This document shows, piece by piece, positions 1 to 13,490 of a stretch of 64,000 nt of DNA. This DNA comes from Escherichia coli (GTDB taxonomy: Bacteria > Pseudomonadota > Gammaproteobacteria > Enterobacterales > Enterobacteriaceae). A model generated the notes under the pieces. That model was not told the DNA's origin and did no database searches. It saw nothing but the letters and a program-made list of their open reading frames with translations. Numbering within the stretch: the first letter of the stretch is position 1; every line of letters starts with the position of its first letter. A program made the position numbers and the translations under genes. The DNA lies in NCBI RefSeq assembly GCF_030013205.1, contig NZ_CP122648.1, one strand, 5' to 3'.

Positions 1-414
1 GGCGGTGTTGCTGCGCCGTGGCTGCTGCCGATGCTCTCTGCTGCTGTACCTCTGCCGCTGGAGCCTGCTAACACCACCGTTTCTCAACCCATGATCACGT
101 TACTGCTGATTGCCTGCCCGCTGCTGCCATTCATCATTATGGCGATTTGCAAAGGCGATCGTTTGCCGTCGCGTTCCCGCGGCGCGGCCTGGGTGTGCGG
201 CTACGACCATGAAAAATCAATGGTGATTACTGCTCACGGTTTTGCCATGCCGGTGAAACAGGCGTTTGCGCCGGTGCTGAAACTGCGCAAATGGCTGAAT
301 CCGGTGTCGCTGGTACCAGGCTGGCAGTGCGAGGGGAGTGCGTTGCTGTTCCGCCGGATGGCGCTGGTTGAACTGGCGGTGCTGGTGGTGATTATTGTTT
401 CACGAGGAGCCTGA
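1..414 (+). CDS. hycC: Formate hydrogenlyase subunit 3 HycC, C-terminal part (gene starts upstream of window)
   Basis: Open frame runs from window start to stop at 414; hydrophobic membrane-like sequence directly upstream of hycD in conserved hyc order. Confidence 0.8.
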   Translation, partial: GGVAAPWLLPMLSAAVPLPLEPANTTVSQPMITLLLIACPLLPFIIMAICKGDRLPSRSRGAAWVCGYDHEKSMVITAHGFAMPVKQAFAPVLKLRKWLNPVSLVPGWQCEGSALLFRRMALVELAVLVVIIVSRGA

Positions 415-416
415 GA

Positions 417-1340
417 ATGAGTGTTTTATATCCGTTAATTCAGGCGCTGGTGTTATTTGCCGTTGCGCCGCTGCTCTCCGGTATAACCCGCGTGGCGCGC
501 GCCCGCTTGCATAACCGTCGCGGGCCGGGCGTGTTGCAGGAGTATCGCGACATTATCAAACTGCTGGGTCGCCAGAGCGTTGGCCCGGATGCCTCCGGCT
601 GGGTGTTCCGCCTGACGCCGTATGTGATGGTGGGCGTCATGCTGACTATCGCTACTGCGCTGCCGGTGGTGACCGTTGGTTCTCCGCTGCCGCAGCTGGG
701 CGATTTGATCACTTTACTGTATCTCTTTGCCATCGCGCGTTTCTTCTTTGCCATTTCTGGTCTGGATACCGGTAGCCCGTTTACCGCTATCGGCGCGAGC
801 CGTGAAGCGATGCTTGGCGTGCTGGTCGAACCGATGCTGCTGCTTGGTCTGTGGGTTGCGGCGCAGGTTGCCGGTTCCACCAACATCAGCAACATCACCG
901 ACACCGTTTATCACTGGCCGCTGAGCCAGAGCATCCCGCTGGTGCTGGCGCTTTGTGCCTGTGCATTCGCCACCTTTATCGAAATGGGCAAACTGCCGTT
1001 CGACCTGGCGGAAGCCGAGCAGGAGTTGCAGGAAGGTCCGCTCTCTGAGTATAGCGGCAGCGGCTTTGGCGTCATGAAATGGGGTATCAGCCTGAAACAG
1101 CTGGTGGTGTTGCAGATGTTCGTCGGGGTGTTTATTCCGTGGGGACAAATGGAAACCTTCACCGTCGGTGGGCTGCTGCTGGCGCTGGTGATTGCCATCG
1201 TCAAACTGGTGGTCGGCGTCCTGGTTATCGCGCTGTTCGAAAACAGCATGGCCCGTCTGCGTCTTGATATTACTCCGCGCATTACCTGGGCTGGGTTTGG
1301 CTTTGCATTTTTAGCGTTCGTCTCCTTGCTGGCGGCGTGA
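417..1340 (+). CDS. hycD: Formate hydrogenlyase membrane subunit HycD (NuoH-like)
   Basis: 307 aa polytopic membrane ORF; position and length match HycD. Confidence 0.9.
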   Translation: MSVLYPLIQALVLFAVAPLLSGITRVARARLHNRRGPGVLQEYRDIIKLLGRQSVGPDASGWVFRLTPYVMVGVMLTIATALPVVTVGSPLPQLGDLITLLYLFAIARFFFAISGLDTGSPFTAIGASREAMLGVLVEPMLLLGLWVAAQVAGSTNISNITDTVYHWPLSQSIPLVLALCACAFATFIEMGKLPFDLAEAEQELQEGPLSEYSGSGFGVMKWGISLKQLVVLQMFVGVFIPWGQMETFTVGGLLLALVIAIVKLVVGVLVIALFENSMARLRLDITPRITWAGFGFAFLAFVSLLAA

Positions 1341-1357
1341 TTAAAGAGAGTTTGAGC

Positions 1358-3067
1358 ATGTCTGAAGAAAAATTAGGTCAACATTATCTCGCCGCGCTGA
1401 ATGAGGCATTTCCGGGCGTCGTGCTGGACCACGCCTGGCAGACCAAAGATCAGCTGACTGTCACCGTAAAGGTGAACTATCTGCCGGAAGTAGTGGAGTA
1501 TCTCTATTACAAGCAGGGTGGCTGGCTGTCGGTGCTGTTTGGTAACGACGAACGCAAACTGAATGGTCATTACGCCGTTTATTACGTGCTGTCGATGGAG
1601 AAGGGCACTAAGTGCTGGATCACGGTTCGCGTCGAAGTTGACGCCAACAAACCGGAATATCCGTCCGTGACACCGCGCGTTCCGGCGGCGGTGTGGGGCG
1701 AGCGCGAAGTGCGCGATATGTACGGTTTGATTCCGGTTGGTCTGCCAGATGAACGCCGTCTGGTGCTGCCGGATGACTGGCCGGATGAACTTTATCCGCT
1801 GCGTAAAGACAGCATGGATTATCGTCAGCGTCCGGCACCGACTACCGATGCTGAAACCTACGAGTTCATCAACGAACTGGGCGACAAGAAAAACAATGTC
1901 GTGCCGATTGGTCCGCTGCACGTCACTTCCGACGAACCGGGTCACTTCCGTCTGTTCGTCGATGGCGAAAACATTATCGACGCCGACTACCGCCTGTTCT
2001 ATGTCCATCGCGGCATGGAAAAACTGGCGGAAACCCGCATGGGTTACAACGAAGTGACCTTCCTCTCTGACCGTGTGTGCGGGATCTGCGGATTTGCTCA
2101 CAGCACCGCCTACACCACGTCGGTGGAAAACGCGATGGGTATTCAGGTGCCAGAACGTGCGCAGATGATCCGCGCCATTCTGCTGGAGGTAGAACGCCTG
2201 CACTCGCATCTGCTCAACCTCGGCCTCGCCTGTCACTTTACCGGCTTCGACTCCGGCTTTATGCAGTTCTTCCGCGTGCGTGAAACCTCCATGAAAATGG
2301 CAGAGATCCTTACCGGTGCGCGTAAAACCTACGGCCTGAACCTGATCGGCGGGATTCGTCGCGATCTGCTGAAAGACGACATGATCCAGACCCGCCAACT
2401 GGCACAACAGATGCGTCGTGAAGTGCAGGAGCTGGTGGATGTGCTGCTGAGCACACCGAACATGGAACAACGCACCGTCGGCATTGGTCGTCTGGACCCG
2501 GAAATCGCCCGCGATTTCAGTAATGTCGGCCCGATGGTCCGTGCCAGCGGTCACGCCCGTGATACCCGTGCCGATCACCCGTTTGTTGGTTATGGCCTGC
2601 TGCCAATGGAAGTCCACAGCGAGCAGGGCTGCGACGTGATTTCGCGCCTGAAAGTGCGTATCAACGAAGTTTATACCGCGCTGAACATGATCGACTACGG
2701 TCTGGATAACCTGCCGGGCGGTCCGTTGATGGTAGAAGGTTTTACCTACATTCCGCACCGTTTTGCGCTGGGCTTTGCCGAAGCGCCGCGCGGCGACGAT
2801 ATCCACTGGAGCATGACCGGCGACAACCAGAAGCTGTACCGCTGGCGCTGCCGTGCCGCGACCTACGCGAACTGGCCGACCCTGCGCTACATGCTGCGCG
2901 GCAACACCGTTTCCGATGCGCCGCAGATTATCGGTAGCCTGGACCCTTGCTACTCCTGTACCGACCGCATGACCGTGGTCGATGTGCGTAAGAAGAAGAG
3001 CAAAGTGGTGCCGTACAAAGAACTCGAGCGTTACAGCATTGAGCGTAAAAACTCGCCGCTGAAATAA
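1358..3067 (+). CDS. hycE: Hydrogenase 3 large subunit HycE ([NiFe] hydrogenase)
   Basis: Protein from MSEEKLGQHYLAALNEAF matches remembered HycE N-terminus; ORF-track start at 1337 is a 7-codon upstream extension overlapping hycD. Confidence 0.9.
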   Translation: MSEEKLGQHYLAALNEAFPGVVLDHAWQTKDQLTVTVKVNYLPEVVEYLYYKQGGWLSVLFGNDERKLNGHYAVYYVLSMEKGTKCWITVRVEVDANKPEYPSVTPRVPAAVWGEREVRDMYGLIPVGLPDERRLVLPDDWPDELYPLRKDSMDYRQRPAPTTDAETYEFINELGDKKNNVVPIGPLHVTSDEPGHFRLFVDGENIIDADYRLFYVHRGMEKLAETRMGYNEVTFLSDRVCGICGFAHSTAYTTSVENAMGIQVPERAQMIRAILLEVERLHSHLLNLGLACHFTGFDSGFMQFFRVRETSMKMAEILTGARKTYGLNLIGGIRRDLLKDDMIQTRQLAQQMRREVQELVDVLLSTPNMEQRTVGIGRLDPEIARDFSNVGPMVRASGHARDTRADHPFVGYGLLPMEVHSEQGCDVISRLKVRINEVYTALNMIDYGLDNLPGGPLMVEGFTYIPHRFALGFAEAPRGDDIHWSMTGDNQKLYRWRCRAATYANWPTLRYMLRGNTVSDAPQIIGSLDPCYSCTDRMTVVDVRKKKSKVVPYKELERYSIERKNSPLK

Positions 3068-3076
3068 GGAATCGCC

Positions 3077-3619
3077 ATGTTTACCTTTATCAAAAAAGTT
3101 ATCAAAACCGGCACGGCGACCTCGTCTTATCCGCTGGAGCCGATTGCGGTTGATAAAAACTTCCGTGGTAAGCCAGAGCAGAACCCGCAGCAGTGCATCG
3201 GCTGCGCGGCCTGCGTCAATGCCTGCCCGTCAAACGCCTTAACGGTTGAAACTGACCTCGCCACAGGAGAGCTTGCCTGGGAGTTTAATCTCGGGCGCTG
3301 CATCTTCTGTGGACGCTGCGAAGAAGTTTGCCCGACGGCGGCGATTAAGCTGTCGCAAGAGTACGAACTGGCGGTGTGGAAGAAAGAAGACTTCCTGCAA
3401 CAGTCCCGCTTCGCGCTGTGCAACTGTCGCGTCTGCAATCGTCCTTTCGCCGTCCAGAAAGAGATCGACTACGCCATTGCGCTGCTCAAGCACAACGGCG
3501 ACAGCCGCGCGGAAAACCACCGCGAAAGCTTTGAGACTTGCCCGGAATGTAAGCGCCAGAAATGCCTGGTGCCGTCCGACCGTATTGAACTGACTCGCCA
3601 TATGAAAGAGGCCATCTGA
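3077..3619 (+). CDS. hycF: Formate hydrogenlyase 4Fe-4S ferredoxin subunit HycF
   Basis: 180 aa with two CxxCxxCxxxCP ferredoxin motifs. Confidence 0.9.
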   Translation: MFTFIKKVIKTGTATSSYPLEPIAVDKNFRGKPEQNPQQCIGCAACVNACPSNALTVETDLATGELAWEFNLGRCIFCGRCEEVCPTAAIKLSQEYELAVWKKEDFLQQSRFALCNCRVCNRPFAVQKEIDYAIALLKHNGDSRAENHRESFETCPECKRQKCLVPSDRIELTRHMKEAI

Positions 3620-4386
3620 TGAGCAATTTATTAGGCCCCCGTGACGCCAACGGCATTCCGGTCCCGATGACGGTGGATGAATCCATCGCCAGCATGAAGG
3701 CGTCGTTACTGAAAAAAATCAAACGTTCTGCCTACGTTTACCGCGTGGACTGCGGCGGCTGCAACGGCTGCGAAATCGAAATTTTCGCCACGCTTTCGCC
3801 GCTGTTTGATGCAGAACGCTTCGGCATTAAAGTCGTTCCTTCACCGCGTCATGCGGATATTTTACTGTTTACCGGCGCGGTCACCCGTGCAATGCGATCC
3901 CCTGCGCTGCGTGCGTGGCAGTCCGCGCCGGACCCGAAAATTTGTATCTCCTACGGTGCCTGCGGTAACAGCGGCGGGATCTTCCACGATCTCTACTGCG
4001 TGTGGGGCGGTACGGATAAAATCGTCCCGGTGGATGTTTATATCCCTGGCTGCCCGCCAACGCCTGCCGCCACGCTGTACGGCTTTGCAATGGCGCTCGG
4101 CCTGCTGGAGCAGAAAATTCACGCCCGTGGGCCGGGTGAGCAGGATGAACAACCGGCGGAGATCCTGCATGGCGATATGGTGCAGCCGCTGCGCGTGAAA
4201 GTGGATCGCGAAGCTCGCCGCCTGGCGGGTTACCGTTACGGTCGCCAGATTGCCGATGACTTCCTGACACAGTTAGGGCAGGGCGAAGAGCAGGTTGCAC
4301 GCTGGCTGGAAGCGGAAAACGATCCGCGTCTGAACGAGATTGTCAGCCATCTGAATCATGTTGTTGAAGAGGCGCGTATCCGATGA
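3619..4386 (+). CDS. hycG: Hydrogenase 3 small subunit HycG
   Basis: 255 aa, NuoB-like Cys motifs (CGGCNGC, GCPP). Confidence 0.9.
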   Translation: MSNLLGPRDANGIPVPMTVDESIASMKASLLKKIKRSAYVYRVDCGGCNGCEIEIFATLSPLFDAERFGIKVVPSPRHADILLFTGAVTRAMRSPALRAWQSAPDPKICISYGACGNSGGIFHDLYCVWGGTDKIVPVDVYIPGCPPTPAATLYGFAMALGLLEQKIHARGPGEQDEQPAEILHGDMVQPLRVKVDREARRLAGYRYGRQIADDFLTQLGQGEEQVARWLEAENDPRLNEIVSHLNHVVEEARIR

Positions 4387-4793
4387 GTGAAAAGGTGGTG
4401 TTCAGTCAACTGAGCCGTAAATTTATTGATGAGAACGATGCCACGCCCGCCGAGGCGCAGCAGGTGGTCTATTACAGCCTGGCGATTGGTCACCACCTTG
4501 GGGTTATCGATTGCCTGGAAGCGGCGCTCACCTGCCCGTGGGATGAATATCTGGCATGGATTGCCACTCTGGAGGCGGGCAGCGAAGCCCGCCGCAAAAT
4601 GGAAGGCGTACCGAAGTACGGTGAGATCGTCATCGACATTAACCATGTGCCGATGCTGGCCAATGCATTCGATAAAGCCCGGGCAGCGCAAACTTCGCAG
4701 CAGCAGGAATGGAGTACAATGCTGTTAAGTATGCTGCATGATATTCATCAGGAAAACGCCATCTATTTGATGGTGAGGAGATTGCGTGACTGA
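4383..4793 (+). CDS. hycH: Formate hydrogenlyase maturation protein HycH
   Basis: 136 aa, 4-nt overlap with hycG, conserved position. Confidence 0.88.
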   Translation: MSEKVVFSQLSRKFIDENDATPAEAQQVVYYSLAIGHHLGVIDCLEAALTCPWDEYLAWIATLEAGSEARRKMEGVPKYGEIVIDINHVPMLANAFDKARAAQTSQQQEWSTMLLSMLHDIHQENAIYLMVRRLRD

Positions 4794-5256
4794 CGTTTTA
4801 CTCTGTGTTGGCAATAGCATGATGGGCGATGATGGCGCAGGTCCGCTGCTGGCGGAAAAGTGCGCCGCCGCGCCGAAAGGTAACTGGGTGGTGATTGACG
4901 GCGGTAGTGCACCGGAAAACGACATTGTCGCTATTCGCGAACTGCGCCCGACACGACTGCTGATTGTCGACGCCACGGATATGGGGCTAAACCCCGGCGA
5001 GATCCGCATCATCGATCCGGATGATATCGCCGAGATGTTTATGATGACTACCCATAACATGCCGTTGAACTACCTTATCGACCAGTTAAAAGAAGACATT
5101 GGCGAAGTGATTTTCCTCGGCATCCAGCCGGATATCGTCGGCTTTTACTACCCGATGACCCAGCCGATTAAAGACGCCGTAGAAACCGTTTATCAACGGC
5201 TGGAAGGCTGGGAAGGGAACGGCGGATTCGCGCAGTTAGCGGTGGAAGAAGAGTAG
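4786..5256 (+). CDS. hycI: Hydrogenase 3 maturation endopeptidase HycI
   Basis: 156 aa, overlaps hycH stop, last gene of hyc operon. Confidence 0.9.
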   Translation: MTDVLLCVGNSMMGDDGAGPLLAEKCAAAPKGNWVVIDGGSAPENDIVAIRELRPTRLLIVDATDMGLNPGEIRIIDPDDIAEMFMMTTHNMPLNYLIDQLKEDIGEVIFLGIQPDIVGFYYPMTQPIKDAVETVYQRLEGWEGNGGFAQLAVEEE

Positions 5257-5327
5257 TTCGTAGACAAACATGTTCACGTTTTGGAATTTGGACGTGCTAT
5301 TGTGACGTGTAGACGGGTGTTTACATA

Positions 5328-5356
5328 TTGTGAACACCCGTGTGATCAACTACTAT
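5328..5356 (+). promoter_or_regulatory. Candidate sigma70 promoter (TTGTGA-N17-TACTAT) overlapping a perfect-arm palindrome CGGGTGTTtACA-tat-TGTgAACACCCG (5314-5340); putative HigA operator
   Basis: Direct reading of sequence about 70 nt upstream of the higB-like ATG; palindromic operators overlapping the promoter are typical of type II TA autoregulation. Confidence 0.4.
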
Positions 5357-5422
5357 AGAAAAATAAATCCGAAGGAATGGTAGTCCAGGTATAGTCATTC
5401 AGGCGCTAATAAGGAAGTTAAA

Positions 5423-5734
5423 ATGCACATCATTTCGAAAGCGCCATTTGAAGAGTGTGCGCGCAAATATCCTAACGACGCTCTGGCTCTACACTCATTG
5501 TATCGGGTTATTAAGGAAACGGATTTTTCTACGCCAGAAGAAATGCGAACGGCGTTTCCCAACCTCGACAATTTTAAATATCGCAATAAATGGTACGTTC
5601 TGGATGTCGGCGGGAACAATCTTAGGGTTATTGCCTACATAAACTTTGTTAATAAGCGGTTCTTTGTGAAGCACATAACTAATCACGCCGAGTATGACAA
5701 ACTGACACGTTACTACAGAGAGAACAAAGAATGA
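5423..5734 (+). CDS. HigB-like toxin (RelE/ParE superfamily mRNA interferase), paralog of K-12 HigB
   Basis: 103 aa; shares MH..KA...KYP, FPxLDNFKY, VGGNxLRV and HxEYD blocks with remembered E. coli HigB (YgjN); good SD (AAGGAAG) upstream; AT-richer than flanks. Confidence 0.8.
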   Translation: MHIISKAPFEECARKYPNDALALHSLYRVIKETDFSTPEEMRTAFPNLDNFKYRNKWYVLDVGGNNLRVIAYINFVNKRFFVKHITNHAEYDKLTRYYRENKE

Positions 5735-6150
5735 CTGCTAATGCTGCACGCGCTGTTAAAGCAACAAGAGAACTGGTCAATGCAGTCCCCTTTCTGGGAG
5801 GCAGTGACTCAGAAGATGATTATCGTGAAGCACTGGAACTGGTCGAATATTTGATTGAAGAAGATGATACTAATCCACTTATCGACTTTCTGGCGAGCCG
5901 CATTGCAGAATATGAAAACAATAACGAAAAGTTTGCAGAGTTCGACAAAGCCGTTGCAGCAATGCCGGTTGGCGTGGCGTTACTTCGTACGCTGATTGAT
6001 CAACATAATTTGACCTATGCGGATTTGAAGAACGAAATCGGCTCTAAATCTCTGGTCAGTCAGATTTTGTCTGGGCAACGATCCCTGACGATATCCCACA
6101 TTAAGGCACTTTCAGCCCGATTTGGCGTTAAGCCGGAATGGTTTCTTTGA
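5731..6150 (+). CDS. HigA-like antitoxin (XRE-type HTH DNA-binding protein)
   Basis: 139 aa; ATGA start/stop overlap with toxin; C-terminal EIGSKSLVSQILSGQRSLT helix-turn-helix; overall similarity to remembered HigA (YgjM). Confidence 0.8.
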   Translation: MTANAARAVKATRELVNAVPFLGGSDSEDDYREALELVEYLIEEDDTNPLIDFLASRIAEYENNNEKFAEFDKAVAAMPVGVALLRTLIDQHNLTYADLKNEIGSKSLVSQILSGQRSLTISHIKALSARFGVKPEWFL

Positions 6151-6176
6151 TTTTGACTGATGCCAAACCCAAGATT

Positions 6177-6201
6177 GCCCGATGCGCAACGCTTATCGGG
6201 C
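6177..6201. terminator. Hairpin GCCCGAT-N11-ATCGGGC between convergent higA-like and ascB
   Basis: Inverted repeat seen in sequence, located between two convergent stop codons. Confidence 0.4.
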
Positions 6202-6228
6202 TTTCCTGGTTCGTGCGACGGTAGTTAC

Positions 6229-9119
<2,891 letters not shown>

Positions 9120-9378
9120 CGGATTTTATCCTGTTATCAGTAGGGTAGATGTAGTTGTTATCAGTCGACGTGACGGAAAAATGCCGATGCTGAAACGGAA
9201 TTAAGAAACCGGTTTCACAAAATCATGAATAGTTGTCACTAAATAAGCAAGAGAGTTAATTGTTCATTTTTTATATTTGTGAAACCGGTCACCTGAATAT
9301 TTTTCCCGCCGATTGCGCAAGGACAATCGGCAAACGGTGCAGTACACTGCGTTGATTGCGTGTAAAGGGATGAAAATG

Positions 9379-10389
9379 ATGACGACGATGCTGGAAGTGG
9401 CGAAGCGCGCCGGGGTTTCAAAAGCGACCGTTTCCCGCGTGCTTTCAGGTAATGGCTACGTCAGCCAGGAGACTAAAGATCGCGTGTTTCAGGCGGTAGA
9501 AGAGAGCGGTTACCGCCCAAACTTGCTGGCGCGCAATCTGTCGGCGAAGAGTACTCAGACGCTGGGGCTGGTCGTGACCAACACGCTTTACCACGGCATT
9601 TATTTTAGTGAATTACTCTTTCATGCCGCGCGAATGGCGGAAGAGAAAGGGCGACAGTTGCTATTGGCAGATGGTAAACACAGCGCCGAAGAAGAGCGCC
9701 AGGCGATTCAGTATCTGCTGGATTTGCGCTGCGACGCCATTATGATTTACCCGCGTTTTTTAAGCGTGGATGAGATTGATGACATCATTGACGCACACAG
9801 TCAGCCGATAATGGTGCTTAATCGCCGCCTGCGCAAAAACAGCAGCCATAGCGTCTGGTGCGATCATAAACAGACCAGCTTTAACGCCGTGGCAGAGTTG
9901 ATAAACGCCGGACATCAGGAGATTGCTTTCCTTACCGGCTCGATGGATTCTCCCACCAGCATTGAACGTCTTGCCGGGTATAAAGACGCGCTGGCGCAGC
10001 ATAGTATTGCGCTCAATGAAAAACTTATCGCTAACGGTAAATGGACGCCCGCCAGCGGGGCCGAAGGGGTAGAAACGTTGCTCGAACGTGGGGCTAAATT
10101 TAGCGCGTTAGTTGCCAGTAACGACGATATGGCGATAGGTGCGATGAAAGCGTTACACGAGCGCGGCGTAGCGGTGCCAGAGCAGGTGTCAGTTATCGGA
10201 TTCGATGATATCGCCATTGCCCCCTATATCGTTCCGGCGCTCTCCAGCGTAAAAATTCCGGTGACTGAGATGATTCAGGAAATTATTGGACGGCTGATTT
10301 TTATGCTCGATGGTGGGGATTTCTCACCGCCGAAAACCTTCAGCGGAAAACTGATCCGCCGCGGCTCCCTCATTGCTCTTTCGCAATAA
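9379..10389 (+). CDS. ascG: LacI/GalR-family repressor AscG
   Basis: HTH MTTMLEVAKRAGVSKATVSRVLSG; divergent from ascFB. Start is ambiguous (ATGs at 9370/9376/9379; ORF track begins at a TTG at 9313). Confidence 0.85.
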   Translation: MTTMLEVAKRAGVSKATVSRVLSGNGYVSQETKDRVFQAVEESGYRPNLLARNLSAKSTQTLGLVVTNTLYHGIYFSELLFHAARMAEEKGRQLLLADGKHSAEEERQAIQYLLDLRCDAIMIYPRFLSVDEIDDIIDAHSQPIMVLNRRLRKNSSHSVWCDHKQTSFNAVAELINAGHQEIAFLTGSMDSPTSIERLAGYKDALAQHSIALNEKLIANGKWTPASGAEGVETLLERGAKFSALVASNDDMAIGAMKALHERGVAVPEQVSVIGFDDIAIAPYIVPALSSVKIPVTEMIQEIIGRLIFMLDGGDFSPPKTFSGKLIRRGSLIALSQ

Positions 10390-10537
10390 ACATTGTCATC
10401 ACATGTCATCGTCACTAGTGTCGATGACATCGTTTTTCCTGCATTACATAATTTAATTTCTTTAAATAACAGTAAATTAAAAACTGGCATGATTTGTGAA
10501 TGTATCGGCGCATTAACTGTCATTGCTGGAGAATTTG

Positions 10538-11065
10538 ATGAACCGTTTCATCATTGCTGACGCGAGTAAATGTATTGGTTGCCGTACCTGTGAAGTGGCG
10601 TGCGTGGTTTCTCATCAGGAGAATCAGGACTGTGCATCGCTGACCCCGGAAACTTTTTTACCGCGAATCCATGTCATTAAAGGTGTGAACATTTCTACGG
10701 CAACAGTCTGCCGTCAGTGTGAAGATGCACCGTGCGCTAACGTCTGCCCAAATGGTGCTATCAGCCGTGATAAAGGGTTTGTTCATGTGATGCAGGAACG
10801 TTGTATTGGTTGCAAAACCTGCGTTGTGGCTTGCCCGTATGGCGCGATGGAAGTGGTGGTACGTCCAGTGATTCGCAACAGCGGCGCAGGGCTTAACGTA
10901 CGGGCTGACAAAGCCGAAGCCAATAAATGCGACCTGTGCAACCATCGTGAAGACGGCCCGGCGTGTATGGCGGCTTGCCCGACCCATGCGCTGATTTGTG
11001 TCGATCGTAATAAACTTGAACAACTGAGCGCAGAAAAACGTCGCCGTACGGCGCTGATGTTCTAA
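10538..11065 (+). CDS. hydN: Electron-transport ferredoxin-like protein HydN
   Basis: Multiple CxxCxxCxxxCP 4Fe-4S motifs; [15 protein letters not shown] start; precedes hypF. Confidence 0.88.
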   Translation: MNRFIIADASKCIGCRTCEVACVVSHQENQDCASLTPETFLPRIHVIKGVNISTATVCRQCEDAPCANVCPNGAISRDKGFVHVMQERCIGCKTCVVACPYGAMEVVVRPVIRNSGAGLNVRADKAEANKCDLCNHREDGPACMAACPTHALICVDRNKLEQLSAEKRRRTALMF

Positions 11066-11217
11066 AAATCTTACAGAACTGTTCTGGCATCAAAGGAATT
11101 CCCGGAAATATTCGTAGAATACGGAGCGGGCGGTATCGCCGACCTGTGACTGCCGGATACGACGCTGTCGTGTCCGGCTGGGCGGGTTACGCAATTCATG
11201 ATGGCGGGAATAACTCA

Positions 11218-13458
11218 ATGGCAAAAAACATATCTTGCGGTGTCCAACTGCGTATTCGTGGCAAAGTGCAGGGCGTCGGTTTTCGTCCGTTTGTCTGGCA
11301 GCTGTCACAGCAATTAAATCTTCACGGCGATGTCTGTAATGACGGCGATGGCGTAGAAGTCCGGCTGCTGGAAGACCCGGAAACGTTTCTTGTGCAGTTG
11401 CATCAGCACTGCCCGCCGCTGGCGCGTATTGATAGCGTCGAGCGTGAGCCGTTTATCTGGTCACAACTGCCCACCGAGTTCACTATCCGTCAGAGCACAG
11501 GCGGAGTCATGAATACGCAAATTGTTCCCGATGCCGCGACTTGTCCTGCCTGTCTTGCTGAAATGAATACCCCGGGCGAGCGGCGTTATCGTTATCCGTT
11601 TATCAACTGTACCCACTGCGGCCCACGTTTCACCATTATTCGCGCGATGCCTTACGACCGCCCGTTTACCGTGATGGCGGCGTTTCCGCTGTGTCCGGCC
11701 TGTGACAAAGAATATCGCGACCCGCTCGATCGTCGCTTCCACGCCCAGCCGGTGGCCTGCCCGGAGTGTGGCCCCCATCTTGAATGGGTAAGTCATGGTG
11801 AACATGCAGAACAAGAGGCGGCATTACAGGCAGCTATCGCACAGTTAAAAATGGGCAACATTGTCGCCATCAAAGGGATTGGCGGATTTCATCTCGCCTG
11901 CGATGCGCGTAACAGTAACGCGGTGGCGACACTGCGGGCGCGCAAACATCGCCCGGCGAAACCGCTGGCGGTTATGTTGCCAGTGGCAGAAGGTTTACCA
12001 GACGCTGCCCGTCAGTTGCTTACCACACCCGCCGCGCCGATTGTGCTGGTGGATAAAAAATATGTACCTGAGCTTTGTGATGATATCGCCCCTGGCCTTA
12101 ACGAAGTCGGGGTAATGTTGCCTGCGAACCCGCTCCAGCATTTGCTGTTACAGGAACTGCAATGCCCGCTGGTGATGACCTCCGGTAACCTGAGCGGTAA
12201 ACCACCGGCTATCAGCAACGAACAGGCGCTGGCGGATTTGCAGGGCATTGCCGACGGATTCTTGATACATAACCGCGACATCGTGCAGCGGATGGATGAT
12301 TCGGTGGTGCGCGAAAGCGGCGAAATGCTGCGCCGTTCGCGGGGGTATGTGCCGGATGCGCTGGCTTTGCCTCCGGGTTTTAAAAATGTTCCGCCTGTGC
12401 TGTGTCTCGGCGCGGATCTGAAAAACACCTTCTGCCTGGTGCGCGGCGAACAAGCGGTGTTGAGTCAGCATCTGGGCGATTTAAGTGACGATGGCATCCA
12501 GATGCAGTGGCGCGAAGCGTTACGCCTGATGCAAAACATCTACGATTTTACCCCGCAATACGTTGTGCATGACGTGCATCCGGGCTATGTCTCCAGCCAG
12601 TGGGCGCGCGAAATGAATCTGCCGACGCAAACGGTGCTGCATCATCATGCTCATGCGGCGGCGTGTCTGGCAGAACATCACTGGCCACTGGATGGCGGTG
12701 ATGTCATTGCGTTGACGCTCGACGGTATCGGTATGGGGGAGAACGGCACTTTATGGGGCGGCGAGTGCCTGCGGGTGAACTATCGCGAATGCCAGCACCT
12801 GGGCGGCTTGCCTGCAGTGGCGCTTGCTGGGGGCGATTTGGCGGCGAAGCAGCCGTGGCGTAACCTGCTGGCGCAGTGCCTGCGCTTTGTGCCGGAGTGG
12901 CAGAATTACCCTGAAACGGCAAGTGTGCAACAGCAAAACTGGAGCGTGCTGGCGCGGGCCATTGAGCGTGGAATTAACGCGCCGCTGGCGTCATCGTGTG
13001 GGCGTTTGTTCGATGCTGTGGCGGCGGCACTGGGCTGTGCGCCAGCCACGTTAAGCTATGAAGGTGAAGCGGCTTGTGCTCTGGAGGCGCTCGCAGCTTC
13101 ATGCGACGGAGTGACGCATCCGGTGACGATACCGCTGGTGGACAATCAACTGGATCTCGCCACTTTCTGGCAGCAGTGGCTGAACTGGCAGGCACCGGTT
13201 AATCAACGCGCGTGGGCGTTTCATGATGCGCTGGCGCAGGGGTTTGCCGCGTTGATGCGTGAGCAGGCCACGATGCGCGGTATCACTACGCTGGTATTTA
13301 GCGGTGGGGTTATTCATAACCGATTGCTGCGTACACGCCTGGCGCATTATCTCGCTGATTTCACATTACTCTTTCCGCAGAGTTTACCGGCGGGTGATGG
13401 CGGCTTGTCTCTGGGGCAGGGGGTTATTGCTGCGGCGCGCATCCTGCATGCTGCATAG
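11218..13458 (+). CDS. hypF: Carbamoyltransferase HypF ([NiFe] hydrogenase maturation)
   Basis: Acylphosphatase domain, two CxxC-x18-CxxC zinc fingers, YrdC and Kae1-like regions; start MAKNISCGV; ORF-track start 11146 is an extension. Confidence 0.9.
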   Translation: MAKNISCGVQLRIRGKVQGVGFRPFVWQLSQQLNLHGDVCNDGDGVEVRLLEDPETFLVQLHQHCPPLARIDSVEREPFIWSQLPTEFTIRQSTGGVMNTQIVPDAATCPACLAEMNTPGERRYRYPFINCTHCGPRFTIIRAMPYDRPFTVMAAFPLCPACDKEYRDPLDRRFHAQPVACPECGPHLEWVSHGEHAEQEAALQAAIAQLKMGNIVAIKGIGGFHLACDARNSNAVATLRARKHRPAKPLAVMLPVAEGLPDAARQLLTTPAAPIVLVDKKYVPELCDDIAPGLNEVGVMLPANPLQHLLLQELQCPLVMTSGNLSGKPPAISNEQALADLQGIADGFLIHNRDIVQRMDDSVVRESGEMLRRSRGYVPDALALPPGFKNVPPVLCLGADLKNTFCLVRGEQAVLSQHLGDLSDDGIQMQWREALRLMQNIYDFTPQYVVHDVHPGYVSSQWAREMNLPTQTVLHHHAHAAACLAEHHWPLDGGDVIALTLDGIGMGENGTLWGGECLRVNYRECQHLGGLPAVALAGGDLAAKQPWRNLLAQCLRFVPEWQNYPETASVQQQNWSVLARAIERGINAPLASSCGRLFDAVAAALGCAPATLSYEGEAACALEALAASCDGVTHPVTIPLVDNQLDLATFWQQWLNWQAPVNQRAWAFHDALAQGFAALMREQATMRGITTLVFSGGVIHNRLLRTRLAHYLADFTLLFPQSLPAGDGGLSLGQGVIAAARILHAA

Positions 13459-13490
13459 TGGCGGATGTGGCGTAACTAAGCGTAAAAAGA

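Noticed and set aside
1373-2806. 477-aa ORF on the minus strand antisense to hycE
   Set aside because: Lies entirely inside a well-supported conserved gene on the opposite strand; composition is typical of an antisense frame of a GC-rich gene (Arg/His/Val-rich, no recognisable domain)
9313-9378. ORF-track 5' extensions (ascG from 9313, hycE 1337, hydN 10523, hypF 11146, mltB 22901, recA 24798, proX 42191, alaE 52102, gabP 56989, lhgO 61312, csiD 62348)
   Set aside because: Upstream in-frame codons lack SD spacing or run through known regulatory sites; starts were moved to the ATG matching the conserved N-terminus
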